Assembly (NCBI GenBank): GCA_048550275.1
Contig: JBLYYU010000263.1
Coordinates: 1-38,001 of the forward strand
Direction: 5' to 3'
Length of the DNA: 38,001 nt
Source of the DNA: Polyangiales bacterium
GTDB taxonomy: Bacteria > Myxococcota_A > Polyangia > Polyangiales > Houyiibacteriaceae
The position numbers and the translations under genes were made by a program. The notes below the pieces were generated by a model. That model was not told the origin of the DNA. It saw only the letters and a list, made by a program, of their open reading frames with translations, and did not search any database. Of this stretch, positions 1 through 10,179 are shown one piece after another (positions within the stretch are counted from its first letter, which is position 1; each line of letters starts with the position of its first letter).

Positions 1-1283
1 GAGATCAACACCGAGCCGTCTTTCGCGTCGATGAACGTGCCAACGAGGAACTCCGTACTTCCCACATCGCTGAGCGACAAGCGCACTCCTGTGAAGAAGT
101 CATTCTCGAACACTATGAAGGTCTGATTGTCGCGCCCATCGTAGTTGTATTCGAGTATGGCTCCGAGATCGACGATGCTCCCGCCCACCTGATAGAACGT
201 GTACTCGAAACCGCCTGTCACCGCTCCGAACGTCGGCCCCTGCCCACCTCGAACGATCGCCTCGGCCTTCAAGAGAAGGCCTTCGTAGGTGTATTGAGCG
301 TCGAGGCCGCCTTGGTGAATGAGCTCGTAGACGGGCTGCAGCACCGGGTTGCCGACAGCGTTCGTCGTCTGGAAGAGCTGCGGCTCGCGCGTCGTCCCGA
401 AGAAGTAGCTCAAGCCCCAGTCGAGGCCGGCCATCGAGTGAGACCAGCGAAACGCCACGTCGATTTGCCCTGCGTTGAGCGGCGACTCGTAGACCCGGAT
501 GTTGTTGTCGACAGGGATCGGAAGCGAGGGGCGCCCGAGGGGCCCCGGAAAGACCAAGGGCCGCGCCCAGCTCATCAAGAAGAGGGTGAAGATGCCGGCC
601 TTGTCGTGCGTGTACGACGTCGTGACCATGGCCTGGCCCAGTTTGATCTGCGTATCGAAGTCTTCGACCAGGTCGCTCTGGTTGATGATGTCGACCAGGT
701 GGCGGGACTCGGTGACGCCCCAGAAGACCTTGTGCATGCCAAAGCCGAGCGACCATTCGTCGAAGAAGAGCTCGAAGAAAGCTTCCCGGATGTCGCCATG
801 CGTCCGGTTCCGATCGTGCTGGTCGACGCGACCGAACAAGACCAGCTCGAAATTCATGTAGTCGGTGACGTTCATGAAGAAGCCGGGCTCCCAGGCCGCC
901 GACGCGTTGAACCAATAGTTGTTCTCTTGCGGGATTCCGAAGGGGTTGCCCGCCTGCTGAGGGAAGAAGCGCGCTTCGGCGTCGAACCAACCAAAAAGGT
1001 CGCCACGACGGAAGCGGTCGCCGAAGGTCTCCCGCTCCTCTTCTTCTTCGCTCGGCGCCGCTTCCGGCTCCTCCGGCGGCTCGTCTACGGCCGTCTCCTC
1101 CGCCCAGTCCGCCTCCTCTTCAGTGGTGGTCGGGCTGTGAAGCTCGAGGTCCACCGCTTCCGAAGCCGGTTCTTGAAGCTCGCGCACCGTCTGATTCGGA
1201 TCGTCCTCCTGGGCGGATGCGGGCACAGCCCCAGCGCTGAGGAGGAGGGCTAGCAGAGACGCGGAGACGATCGAGACGCGCAT
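1..1283 (-). CDS. Outer-membrane (beta-barrel-like) protein accompanying MMPL + LolA-like genes; 3' end runs off the window
   Basis: Missing from the ORF track, so I translated it by hand from the ATG at 1283. It has a signal peptide (MRVSIVSASLLALLLSAGAVPASA-Q), an acidic E/P-rich linker, then the motif KVFWGVTESRHLVDIINQSDLVEDFD...KLGQAM. I recognise this motif from the OM proteins encoded after lipoprotein-sorting genes. Confidence 0.75.
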   Translation of the reverse strand, partial: MRVSIVSASLLALLLSAGAVPASAQEDDPNQTVRELQEPASEAVDLELHSPTTTEEEADWAEETAVDEPPEEPEAAPSEEEEERETFGDRFRRGDLFGWFDAEARFFPQQAGNPFGIPQENNYWFNASAAWEPGFFMNVTDYMNFELVLFGRVDQHDRNRTHGDIREAFFELFFDEWSLGFGMHKVFWGVTESRHLVDIINQSDLVEDFDTQIKLGQAMVTTSYTHDKAGIFTLFLMSWARPLVFPGPLGRPSLPIPVDNNIRVYESPLNAGQIDVAFRWSHSMAGLDWGLSYFFGTTREPQLFQTTNAVGNPVLQPVYELIHQGGLDAQYTYEGLLLKAEAIVRGGQGPTFGAVTGGFEYTFYQVGGSIVDLGAILEYNYDGRDNQTFIVFENDFFTGVRLSLSDVGSTEFLVGTFIDAKDGSVLI

Positions 1284-1309
1284 TTGTTCCCAGCCGGCGG
1301 TAATCGCGC

Positions 1310-2095
1310 TTAGAGAACCTGCTGCAAACGGGTACGGGTGAAGTCGCCTTCCTTGAGACCCGTCTTGAACTTGAAGTCGCTCCAGATGAGCTCGGTGCTC
1401 TTGCCGTTCTGGTGGTTGACCATGTTCATCTTGTGAGCGCGCCAGTGCTTACCGAGGTATTGCTTGTAGCCGCTCGGAGTGAGCGTCTTTAGAAGCTCTC
1501 CCTTTCGATCGTAAAAATCGATTTTGCGCAGGCGGTACTCGTCCTTGTCGATCCAGGCCTGGAGCCTGGTGTAGCCGGAGTCCTTGCTGACCGGGTACTG
1601 CTCGACGAGGAAGCAATCGACGCCGTCGACCTTGTCGTCTTTGAGGTACTTGTACGTGTACTTCTCGACTTCTTGCGACGCGAAGTCCTCGTATGCGAAC
1701 TCCGAGCCCATGAACGGACCGGACTTGTTGTTCGACGCGATACGCTTCACGCGGCGAAGCGCAGGCAGGTAGAGCCACTGCTCGTCAGCGTCCACCGGAT
1801 GCGAGTACGTCAGCAAGGCCGTTCCGCGAACGTCGCGCGGCGTGTGAAACACCGTCATCGACTTGTCCCCGTCGTCTTTGACCTCCAGCGTTCGGATTTC
1901 GAGCTCACGCTTGCTCTCCTGACCGCGCTTGTTGCGAAGGATCATCACCATGTTGGAGCGAGTGTCGCTGAAGCCCTCGTCGCGACGGTCCGCTTCCTCG
2001 GCGATTTCCAAGCCCTTGTCCTCTGCGGGACCAGCCAGAGCCAAAGCTGGAACGAGCATGCTGAGGAGCAGGAACGGTGCAAAGGAACGCTTCAT
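1310..2095 (-). CDS. Outer membrane lipoprotein-sorting protein (LolA-like family)
   Basis: Signal peptide; motifs P.DVRGTALL, QWLYLPALRRVKRI, FMGSEFAYED, KIDFYDRKGELLK. The start overlaps the MMPL stop (ATGA). Confidence 0.9.
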   Translation of the reverse strand: MKRSFAPFLLLSMLVPALALAGPAEDKGLEIAEEADRRDEGFSDTRSNMVMILRNKRGQESKRELEIRTLEVKDDGDKSMTVFHTPRDVRGTALLTYSHPVDADEQWLYLPALRRVKRIASNNKSGPFMGSEFAYEDFASQEVEKYTYKYLKDDKVDGVDCFLVEQYPVSKDSGYTRLQAWIDKDEYRLRKIDFYDRKGELLKTLTPSGYKQYLGKHWRAHKMNMVNHQNGKSTELIWSDFKFKTGLKEGDFTRTRLQQVL

Positions 2096-4419
2096 GGACT
2101 TTCTCCTTCGATCTTCATGAGCAGGGGCGGCAAGAACAAGAGGTCAGCGCCAAGCGCCACCAGCAAGACGATAGCTGTCAGCAGACCCATACCCGCGTTT
2201 AGACCGAACGGCGAGAGGGTCAGCACTAGAAATCCCGCGACCAGGATGAACGAGGTCACCACCAAGGCGGATCCGACCGTGGAAAAAGCGTATCGAACCG
2301 CCCCCTCGGGGCTCATACCGCCCTCGCGGCGCGCGCGAAGGTACTTGCTCAAGAAGTGAACGCTGTCGTCCACGATGATCCCGAGCGCCATGGTGAGGAC
2401 GACCGCATTGCCGACGTCGATTCGACCGTTGATGATACCCCAGATTCCAAACGCCATCAGGGCCGGGGCCAGGTTGGGGATGATGCTGATCGCGCCGAAC
2501 TTCACGCTGCGGAAGGCGACGGCGAGAATGATGGCTATCAGAATGAGGGCAATCACCGCGCCTAGAATGGAGCTCTTGATGTTGCGCTCGGATATGTGTG
2601 AGAACATCAAGTTCGTGGAGGCGGGAACCGTCCACATCGTTTCAGGGGTGTTCGAGTGCAGCCAGTCTTCGCACTCCCGCTGAAGCTCGCGCATTCGAAC
2701 CGCAGTGACGTTCTCGGTCGTGACGATCAAACGCGTCGACGACTTCTGAACGTTGATCGTGTCATTGAGATCGAGCCCGTAGGGAAGCGACATCTCGTAG
2801 AGGAGCAGGTACTGTGCAGCGAGGTCACGCTCCGTCGGGAGGACGTACCAATCCGGGTCATCCCCGTGCATGTTCTTGTTCAGGCGCTTGAAGGTGTCGG
2901 TGATCGTGAATACATGCTCGACGTTCGACTGTTCTCTCAGCCAGTTCGAAAAATCCTCGACGCTTTGCAAATAGTCGGGGTTGGCGATTCCCGATTCCTC
3001 GCCTGAGCTCAGCGAGAACTCCATGGTGTAGATACCGGAGAGGTTCTCGCTGACGAAATCGGTGTCCGTCCGGAACGCGAAGCTCTCGTCGAAGTACTTC
3101 ACGAACTCGTCGTTGAGCTCGTTGCGGGTCACCATCACGCTGAGAACCACGACCAGGCCGACCCCGAGCCAGAGGAGGGGCTTTCGCTGTGCGATCACCA
3201 TCTCTCCGAGCCTCACGACGGCGCGTGACTCCTCGTTGCCAGCTTTGGCCTGGCGAATCGGGAAGATCGCGACGAGGGCCGGAAGGAGGATCACGGTGTA
3301 CAGAAACGCCGCAGTTACGCCCATCGTGGAGATGTTCCCAAGGTCGTTGAAAGGCCGGACGTCGCTCAGGTTCAAGGCCAGAAGGCCGATGCAGGTGGTG
3401 AGGCTCGTGAGAAACACCGGGCTCAGATTGATTCGCATGCTCTCGGTCATCGCCTGCTTCTTGTCCATGCCCTGGCGCATCGATTGGAACAGTGTGACGA
3501 GGAGGTGAATGCTGTCTGCGACCGCAAGCGTCATGATGACGGTCGGTGCACTGGAGCTCGGTGGCGTAATCGGAATCCCCAGCCAGCCCGCAAGCCCCAT
3601 CGCAGTCGATGAGGAGAGCATGATGATCAGCAGCGTGATCACCATACCCCAGAACGAACGCAAAAAGAGCAGCGCAGTGAGAAGCAGAATCACGTACATC
3701 AGCGGCACGAGCGTGGACAGATCCTGGACCGACGCCTCGAAGAACGAGTTCGAGAGCATGACGCCGCCGGTGAGGTAGATGGTGTGCCCCGGATACGCGC
3801 TCTCGATGTCGGCGGCGAGCTCGCGGGCAGCAAGGGCGGCCTGAGTCTGCTCGTCCGAAGCCTTCCTCGGAACCGTGTGGCGAACGAAGATCGCAGTCAC
3901 ATGCGCTTCATCCGAGATGAGACGTCGCCGCAAGAGAGGCTCGGCCAGCGCGGTCTCGCGAAGCTCATCGAGCTCCGCCGCTCCGTAATCGCGCTCCAAG
4001 TCGACGAGGTCGTCGACGATAAGGTCGTCTTCCTCAGCGCGCGTGTGCTGAAAATTGGTGATCGAATCCACGCGCGTCGCGAACGGCAGTTGCCAAGCGC
4101 GCTCGGTGATCTCGCCCACCGCGGCCAGCGTCTCCGGCGTGAAGACCTTGCCTGCATCGGGCGCGAGGACGATCAGCGTGTTGTCGTTCTTGGTGTAGAT
4201 CTCTTGGAGCTCTTCGAAGGCCCGGAGCTGTGGGTTGTCCTCACGAAAGAAGTATTGGTAGTCGTTCTTGAACTCGGTGAAGCGCGCGCCACTCGCTGCC
4301 AGAACGCCGATGCCCAGGGCACCGAACAAGACCAGCCACCGCCACTTGAACAGGAAATCGACGTATGCGCGGGTGCGACTTCCGCTGACCGCCCCGCTGG
4401 GCTCGGACGAGCTTGCCAT
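2092..4419 (-). CDS. MMPL/RND family transporter
   Basis: 775 aa with two repeats of TM + periplasmic domain + TM bundle; motifs LAVADSIH, LTSLTT.IG, GIIVDDSVHF. Confidence 0.9.
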   Translation of the reverse strand: MASSSEPSGAVSGSRTRAYVDFLFKWRWLVLFGALGIGVLAASGARFTEFKNDYQYFFREDNPQLRAFEELQEIYTKNDNTLIVLAPDAGKVFTPETLAAVGEITERAWQLPFATRVDSITNFQHTRAEEDDLIVDDLVDLERDYGAAELDELRETALAEPLLRRRLISDEAHVTAIFVRHTVPRKASDEQTQAALAARELAADIESAYPGHTIYLTGGVMLSNSFFEASVQDLSTLVPLMYVILLLTALLFLRSFWGMVITLLIIMLSSSTAMGLAGWLGIPITPPSSSAPTVIMTLAVADSIHLLVTLFQSMRQGMDKKQAMTESMRINLSPVFLTSLTTCIGLLALNLSDVRPFNDLGNISTMGVTAAFLYTVILLPALVAIFPIRQAKAGNEESRAVVRLGEMVIAQRKPLLWLGVGLVVVLSVMVTRNELNDEFVKYFDESFAFRTDTDFVSENLSGIYTMEFSLSSGEESGIANPDYLQSVEDFSNWLREQSNVEHVFTITDTFKRLNKNMHGDDPDWYVLPTERDLAAQYLLLYEMSLPYGLDLNDTINVQKSSTRLIVTTENVTAVRMRELQRECEDWLHSNTPETMWTVPASTNLMFSHISERNIKSSILGAVIALILIAIILAVAFRSVKFGAISIIPNLAPALMAFGIWGIINGRIDVGNAVVLTMALGIIVDDSVHFLSKYLRARREGGMSPEGAVRYAFSTVGSALVVTSFILVAGFLVLTLSPFGLNAGMGLLTAIVLLVALGADLLFLPPLLMKIEGESP

Positions 4420-4557
4420 GCCCTGTTATTAGATCGTCGCTCCGGGCCGTCAATGGATGCCTCTCCGAACCGATTCGCGGTTTGACTCGTCTGAGCTTGA
4501 CATTCGACCCCGTTCGGCGGGATAGCTGCGGCTTCCCCCTAGAGAACGCGGTCTTGG

Positions 4558-5229
4558 ATGCGCCTGACAACAACCATCTCATCGGTTCTCGTTTTCATGC
4601 TTAGCGCGTGTAGCGATAGCCCATCTGGCGGCGGCTCTTCTGAGCCCCGCGTTTCGTTTTTCGTGACTAGCGTCGGTACCGGAGCAGACGGCGGAAACAT
4701 CGGCGGGCTTGCGGGTGCGGACGAGAGCTGCCGAACCTTGGCCGACGCGGTTGGGGCCGGTGATCGAACCTGGCGAGCCTATCTCAGCACGTCCGACGAA
4801 GACGCACGAGATCGGATCGGAGACGGCCCCTGGTACAACGTGCGTCTTCAAGAGGTTGCGGCGGACGTGGAATCGCTCCACACGGACGGGATTCCCAGGC
4901 TGCTCTGGGGCGCGGACGAAGACCCGGAACAAGAGGGCCTCGTCATCGATGAAAACGGCGACTTGGTCCCGCTCGCCGAGCACGACATCATCACCGGAAG
5001 TACCATGGAGGGCAGAGTATCCGAGGGCCGGACATGTCTCGACTGGACGTCCGCAAGCGAGAACGAGCTGGCTCAAGTCGGGCACAGTGACCTCGCCCCA
5101 CCGGGCGTGACGATCGGCGGGCCCGATACGCGCTCCTGGAACTCCGCGCACGAGACTGTGAGCTGCACCGAAGAAGGCTTGGCTGTGCGGCAAGGAGCCG
5201 GACGCTTCTACTGCTTCGCCGCCGACTGA
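4558..5229 (+). CDS. Lipoprotein with endostatin/collagen-NC10 (lectin-like) domain
   Basis: Lipobox LSAC; SFFVTS..G...GGNIGGLAGAD..C..LA, WRAYLS, ARDRIG.GPW, HDIITGS, C.DWTS, GRFYCFA. Confidence 0.75.
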   Translation: MRLTTTISSVLVFMLSACSDSPSGGGSSEPRVSFFVTSVGTGADGGNIGGLAGADESCRTLADAVGAGDRTWRAYLSTSDEDARDRIGDGPWYNVRLQEVAADVESLHTDGIPRLLWGADEDPEQEGLVIDENGDLVPLAEHDIITGSTMEGRVSEGRTCLDWTSASENELAQVGHSDLAPPGVTIGGPDTRSWNSAHETVSCTEEGLAVRQGAGRFYCFAAD

Positions 5230-5275
5230 CGGGCTGGTTGCCCGGTTCCAAGCGATTTGCCAAGGTGCCGGCGCG

Positions 5276-6316
5276 ATGGAACGAGAACGAGCGATCGATG
5301 GGCTCCGGTGCCTGGTAACAGGTAGCGCCGGCTATGTAGGCAGCAACCTCGTCCGGGCGCTCCTGGCTCGGGGTTGCGAAGTGCACGGCTTCGACCTCGA
5401 ACCGGCGCCATTCGAAGACCCAAACCTTCGCTGGTTTCAGGGCGACATCCGTGATTTGTCGACGCTCCGCGCCGCGTGTGACGGCGTGGACACGGTGTTC
5501 CATACCGCCGCAATGATCGCGACTCTGACGTACACGCCGAAGCGATTCGCCGAGCTCGTTCGAAGCGTCAACGTCGACGGCACGAAAGCGGTGCTCCAGG
5601 CGGCGCAAGATGCCGGTGTCCGGCGCCTCGTCCAGACCAGCTCGATCATCACTGCATCGGGATCCGGCCACCGAGGAACCGAAGAGGCCGTTTCCTACAG
5701 CACAGACCCCGACCTGTACTCCGCGACGAAGGTTGCCGCTGAACGGCTGGTCCTTGCGGCAAACGGCAAGAACGGCTTGCTCACGACTGCGGTTCGCCCT
5801 GGAGGCATTTACGGGCCCGGCGAGCGCAACACCTTGATCGGCCCGCTGATGAGGGCGTTGAAGCAGGGAGCGCCGCTCGTCTTCTTTGGGAGCGACGATA
5901 CTCGAATGGACTACACGTACATCGACAACCTCGTCGATGCCGAAATCAAGGCCGCCGAGCGTTTGGTGGAAGGCTCACCGGTATGCGGTCAGGCCTACTT
6001 CATCACCGATGGCGACCCGATCAACACCGGAGAATTCAGCAGTACGCTAGTGAAGGACATGGGGCTCGATGCGCGTTCGATTCGGATCCCTGGGCTGGTC
6101 GCGCGCGCGCTGGCGACTGCGGGCGAGCGCGTGTTCCAAGTGTTCGGCAAGCCGAAGCCGCTTTTCAGCATGGTGGACGTCGACCTTTGCGTGAACGACA
6201 GCTACTTCTCGATCGAGCGAGCCCGGCAAGAGCTGGGTTACCAGCCGCTCGTCGATACGCGAGAAGGCCTCCGGCGCACAGCGGTAGACGCCAGAGACTA
6301 CTACGACAGCCTCTGA
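5276..6316 (+). CDS. 3-beta-hydroxysteroid dehydrogenase/isomerase-like NAD-dependent epimerase (extended SDR)
   Basis: TGSAGYVG Rossmann motif, YSATK catalytic YxxxK, RPGGIYGPGE, YIDNLV.A, GQAYFITDG. Confidence 0.8.
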   Translation: MERERAIDGLRCLVTGSAGYVGSNLVRALLARGCEVHGFDLEPAPFEDPNLRWFQGDIRDLSTLRAACDGVDTVFHTAAMIATLTYTPKRFAELVRSVNVDGTKAVLQAAQDAGVRRLVQTSSIITASGSGHRGTEEAVSYSTDPDLYSATKVAAERLVLAANGKNGLLTTAVRPGGIYGPGERNTLIGPLMRALKQGAPLVFFGSDDTRMDYTYIDNLVDAEIKAAERLVEGSPVCGQAYFITDGDPINTGEFSSTLVKDMGLDARSIRIPGLVARALATAGERVFQVFGKPKPLFSMVDVDLCVNDSYFSIERARQELGYQPLVDTREGLRRTAVDARDYYDSL

Positions 6317-6375
6317 GCGGATACGATGGGCGTTGCTGAGGCGGAGGAGCGACGCGACGTGACAGAGAGCAGGCC

Positions 6376-7947
6376 ATGACGCTATCGCCGCGTACGCTCC
6401 CCCCGGAACGCGACCATTCCAGGCTCCCAAGGCGAGGCGCTCGTTCGAAGGGACAGCGAATCGGCCTGTTTCTCGGCCCGGCGCTGTTCGCGATCTGCAT
6501 GATGCTCGATCTCGACCCAACTCGACCGCAGGTCACTCGGATGGCGGCGGTCGCGCTGCTCATGGCGACCTGGTGGATCACGGACGCCATTCCCCTGTTC
6601 GCAACCGCCCTCCTGCCGCTGATTCTGTACCCCCTGCTCGGGATCGAGCGCACCGGAGATACGGCGCCGGTCTACTTCAACAGCACCATCGTCCTGTTCC
6701 TGGGCGGCTTCATGATCGCGCTGACGATGGAGAAATGGAATCTCCACCGTCGCATCGCGCTCTGGATCATTCGGGGCGTCGGCGGGGGAGCGGAGCGGAT
6801 CATTCTCGGCTTCATGCTCGCGGGCGCATTCCTCTCGATGTGGATCTCGAACACCGCGACCGCGATCATGATGATCCCCATCGGCCTCGCCATGGTCGTT
6901 CGCATGGAAGAAGACTTCGGCGAGCGGGCGACCCACACGTTCTCGGTCGCGGTGATGCTCGCGATTGCGTACTCCTGCTCGGTCGGAGGAATCGCGACCC
7001 TGGTCGGCACGCCGCCGAACCTCTCGTTGCAGCGAATCTTCCTGATCACGTTTCCGGACGCACCGCCGATCGGTTTTGGCCTCTGGTTCGTCATGGCGCT
7101 GCCGATTACGATCATCCTTCTCCTCATCGCCTGGTTGCTGATCACGCGTGTCTTCTATCGAATCCCCGACGTGGTCACGGTCGACCGCTCGGTGGTCGAG
7201 GAGGAAGCCGAGAAGCTCGGTTCGCTCCGGTACGAGGAGCGAGTCGTCCTGTTCGTTTTCGTCTCGACGGCTCTGCTCTGGCTGTTTCGAGTGCCCGTCG
7301 AGCTAGGCTCGTTGACTGTGCCCGGCTGGTCGCAGCTCCTGCCTCACGGCGAGCTACTCGACGACGCGACGATCGCCATCAGCATGGCCTCGATCCTGTT
7401 TCTGATACCAACTCGCTCGCCCGGCGCCGAATCTGCAACCATCATGGGGCCGGACGTCATCGGCCGGCTGCCCTGGAACATCGTCTTGCTGTTCGGCGGC
7501 GGGTTCGCTCTGGCGCAAGGGTTCCAGGTCACCGGCCTGGCCGAGTTCATCGGCGAGCAGTTCACGGGCCTCGCAGGCGTTCCGACCCTGGTCATCATCC
7601 TTTCGACCTGCCTGGGCCTGACGTTCCTGACCGAGCTGACGTCAAATACGGCGACGACCGAAATGGTCCTTCCGGTGCTCGCGTCGATCGCGGTAGCCAC
7701 CGGAATTCACCCGCTGCTTCTGATGGTGCCGGCAACGCTCTCGGCCTCCTGCGCGTTCATGATGCCGGTGGCCACGCCGCCCAACGCGGTCGTGTTCGGA
7801 AGCCAGCGGGTCACGATTCCCGAGATGGCCCGCGTCGGCCTCGTCTTGAACGTGATCGGCGCCCTGGTGATCACTCTCGTGTTCTATTTCCTGGGAACGA
7901 TTCTGTTCGACATCGAGCCCGGCGTTCTTCCGGAATGGGCCGTCTGA
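6376..7947 (+). CDS. SLC13/DASS family Na+:dicarboxylate/sulfate symporter
   Basis: Polytopic; SMWISNTAT, GTPPN, TELTSNTAT, AFMMPVATPPNA motifs. Confidence 0.92.
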   Translation: MTLSPRTLPPERDHSRLPRRGARSKGQRIGLFLGPALFAICMMLDLDPTRPQVTRMAAVALLMATWWITDAIPLFATALLPLILYPLLGIERTGDTAPVYFNSTIVLFLGGFMIALTMEKWNLHRRIALWIIRGVGGGAERIILGFMLAGAFLSMWISNTATAIMMIPIGLAMVVRMEEDFGERATHTFSVAVMLAIAYSCSVGGIATLVGTPPNLSLQRIFLITFPDAPPIGFGLWFVMALPITIILLLIAWLLITRVFYRIPDVVTVDRSVVEEEAEKLGSLRYEERVVLFVFVSTALLWLFRVPVELGSLTVPGWSQLLPHGELLDDATIAISMASILFLIPTRSPGAESATIMGPDVIGRLPWNIVLLFGGGFALAQGFQVTGLAEFIGEQFTGLAGVPTLVIILSTCLGLTFLTELTSNTATTEMVLPVLASIAVATGIHPLLLMVPATLSASCAFMMPVATPPNAVVFGSQRVTIPEMARVGLVLNVIGALVITLVFYFLGTILFDIEPGVLPEWAV

Positions 7948-8009
7948 CGACGCGTGCCTGACGGTTCGTGTTAGATTCCCTGCGAGCCGAGCCTTGCCCG
8001 GAGTGCGCC

Positions 8010-10166
8010 GTGCGGAACGACAGCCAACTGATCTACACGACATGCCGCTATTGTGAGTCCTGCTGCGGGCTCGCCGTCGAAGTCGACGTGAAGGCGAACC
8101 GCGTCGTCCGCATCAAGGCTGACAAAGAGAATCCCGGTTCGTGGAGAGACGTCTGCAACAAGGGTCTGTCAGCGCACGAAGTGGTCGAGCATCCTCAGCG
8201 GCTTCGGTACCCGATGAAGCGCGTCGGGGATGGGTACGTGCGGGTCGGATACGACGAGGCCGTCGAGGGGGTGGCGTCAGACCTGCGTCGCATCATGGAC
8301 GAGCACGGACCGGACGCGATCGGTTCGTATATCGGCAACCCCGTCGGCTTTGGCTCCGACATCATCTTCGCTCTCGGGCTGATCGACGGAATCGGGACCA
8401 AGAGCCGCTTCAGCGCCTCGTCTCTGGACCAGAACAACCAACACGTGGTTTCACAGGCGCTCTTCGGATACACCTTCGTGCCCTTTTCGCCCGACGTCGA
8501 CGGCTGCGACTACCTTTTGTTGGTCGGAGGCAATCCAGCCACGAGCAAGTTCGGTTGGCTCGGGAGCGCGACCGACGGCTGGAGCCGAATGCGGGCGCGC
8601 CAGAATCAGGGCGCGACGATTGTGGTGGTCGACCCACGCCGGACACGAAGCGCCGAGGACGCCGACCTCCATCTTCCGATCGAACCCGGGACCGACTGGG
8701 CGTTCCTGATTGGCGTTCTTGCCGTCGTTCTACGCGAAGGGCTGGAGAACGCTGACGCCGTTGCCAACTTGCCAGCAGATCACGTCGCCCGGCTTCGCGC
8801 GCTGGTCGAGCAGGTGGATCTCGAGGCGATGAGCTCGTGGACCGGCATTCCAGTCTCGACAGTCGAGGAAGTCGCGCGGGGCTACGCGGGCGCCCGAGGC
8901 GCCATGTGCCTCACGATGACTGGAGTAAGCCAAAACGACACCGGCACCCTGGCGCAGTGGCTCTCGATGGTGCTGGACCTGGTCACCGGGCACTTCGACC
9001 GGCCGGGAGGCCGCCGCTGGGACTCCGGCTTCGTCAACATGACCGACTTCGCATCGCGGAGCCTGAGCGAAGACGGCGTGAGCCGGGTCCGAGGGCTGGA
9101 TACGGTGATGGGTTGCCGGAGCGTGTGCGAGCTTCCTGATGAAATCGAAACGCCCGGCGAAGGCCGGGTTCGCGCCCTGATCATCCAGGCCGGCAATCCC
9201 GTGGTCGCCGGCCCGGATGGAGCTGCGCTCGACCGCGCCCTCGCCTCTCTCGACTGCCTGGTCGTCGTGGATTTGGTTCAACGCGAAAGCCACCGCCACG
9301 CTCATTGGCTCATTCCAGCTCCGCATTGGCTCGAGCGGGAGGAGCTGCCCTTCAACTTGGCAAACGCGCAGGACCGTTCGTTCCTTCAGTACGCGAACCG
9401 TGCCGTGGACCCACCTCCGGACGTGCCCCCCGAATGGAGGTTCTTCACGGACGTCGCTCTGGCGATGGGGGTCCCGATGCTCGGGCGGCCGGGTTTCAAC
9501 AGCGCGATTCGGGCGAGCCGCTGGGTATCGAAGGTTCTGAGGCGGCCAGGTCTCGAAATTTCGCCCGCCCTCCTGGAGCGGGTGGCTGTGACGGCGTCCA
9601 AGCGCGCGACGTACAAGTCGATCAAGGAAGCGCCACACGGGGTCGCGCACGCGGAGAAGCGTTTCGGTCAGTTCGCCGAGTTTCGCAAGGGTGCTCCGAT
9701 TCTAGTCGCGCCGGAGGCGTTCTGCCGGGCGCTCGCAAACAAGCTTTCCGAATCACCAAAGCGGAGCGAAGCGTTCCCGTTCGTCATGACCGGAAGCCGT
9801 AGCTTGCACCTGATGAACTCCTGGCTGACGGAGTTACCCAACGTTCAGAAGCGGCAAAAGGAGAACCGCTGCGAGATCCATCCCGACGACGCGGCAGCGC
9901 TGGGCATTTCGGATGGCGATCGGGTGAACGTTCGCTCGCAGGTCGCTGCAATCGAGCTCCCCGCCGAGGTGACCGACCGAGTGCGACCGGGCATTGTCTG
10001 TATCCCGCACGGATGGGGTTCGCGCGTGTTCAACCCCGCGGGCGGAGGCGAACCAATCGTCTATGGGGCGAACCGGAACCTTCTCGTGGACAACCGGAGC
10101 CTCGACCCGTTCTCCGGCACCCCGAAGCTCAACTCGACCCGCGTCGCGGTGACGCGCGTCGAGTAG
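8010..10166 (+). CDS. Molybdopterin (bis-MGD)-dependent oxidoreductase with N-terminal 4Fe-4S site
   Basis: CRYCESCCG...C.KG cluster motif, VVVDPRRT, PGTD, GNP, C-terminal EIHPDDA...PHGWG domain. GTG at 8010 chosen because GGAG lies 6 nt upstream (the ORF track starts at 7968). Confidence 0.85.
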   Translation: MRNDSQLIYTTCRYCESCCGLAVEVDVKANRVVRIKADKENPGSWRDVCNKGLSAHEVVEHPQRLRYPMKRVGDGYVRVGYDEAVEGVASDLRRIMDEHGPDAIGSYIGNPVGFGSDIIFALGLIDGIGTKSRFSASSLDQNNQHVVSQALFGYTFVPFSPDVDGCDYLLLVGGNPATSKFGWLGSATDGWSRMRARQNQGATIVVVDPRRTRSAEDADLHLPIEPGTDWAFLIGVLAVVLREGLENADAVANLPADHVARLRALVEQVDLEAMSSWTGIPVSTVEEVARGYAGARGAMCLTMTGVSQNDTGTLAQWLSMVLDLVTGHFDRPGGRRWDSGFVNMTDFASRSLSEDGVSRVRGLDTVMGCRSVCELPDEIETPGEGRVRALIIQAGNPVVAGPDGAALDRALASLDCLVVVDLVQRESHRHAHWLIPAPHWLEREELPFNLANAQDRSFLQYANRAVDPPPDVPPEWRFFTDVALAMGVPMLGRPGFNSAIRASRWVSKVLRRPGLEISPALLERVAVTASKRATYKSIKEAPHGVAHAEKRFGQFAEFRKGAPILVAPEAFCRALANKLSESPKRSEAFPFVMTGSRSLHLMNSWLTELPNVQKRQKENRCEIHPDDAAALGISDGDRVNVRSQVAAIELPAEVTDRVRPGIVCIPHGWGSRVFNPAGGGEPIVYGANRNLLVDNRSLDPFSGTPKLNSTRVAVTRVE

Positions 10167-10179
10167 CCCTCTCGGACGT

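Noticed and set aside
100-1253. ORF-track calls 100..990 (-) and 294..1253 (+)
   Set aside because: Both are shadow frames. The real gene is a different minus-strand frame starting at 1283, with a signal peptide and a conserved motif, and it runs off the window.
6573-7961. Long overlapping alternative ORFs (e.g. 462 aa here; also 16937-17926, 17221-18210, 8730-9650)
   Set aside because: Arg/Pro-rich or antisense shadow frames typical of high-GC coding DNA, overlapping well-supported genes.
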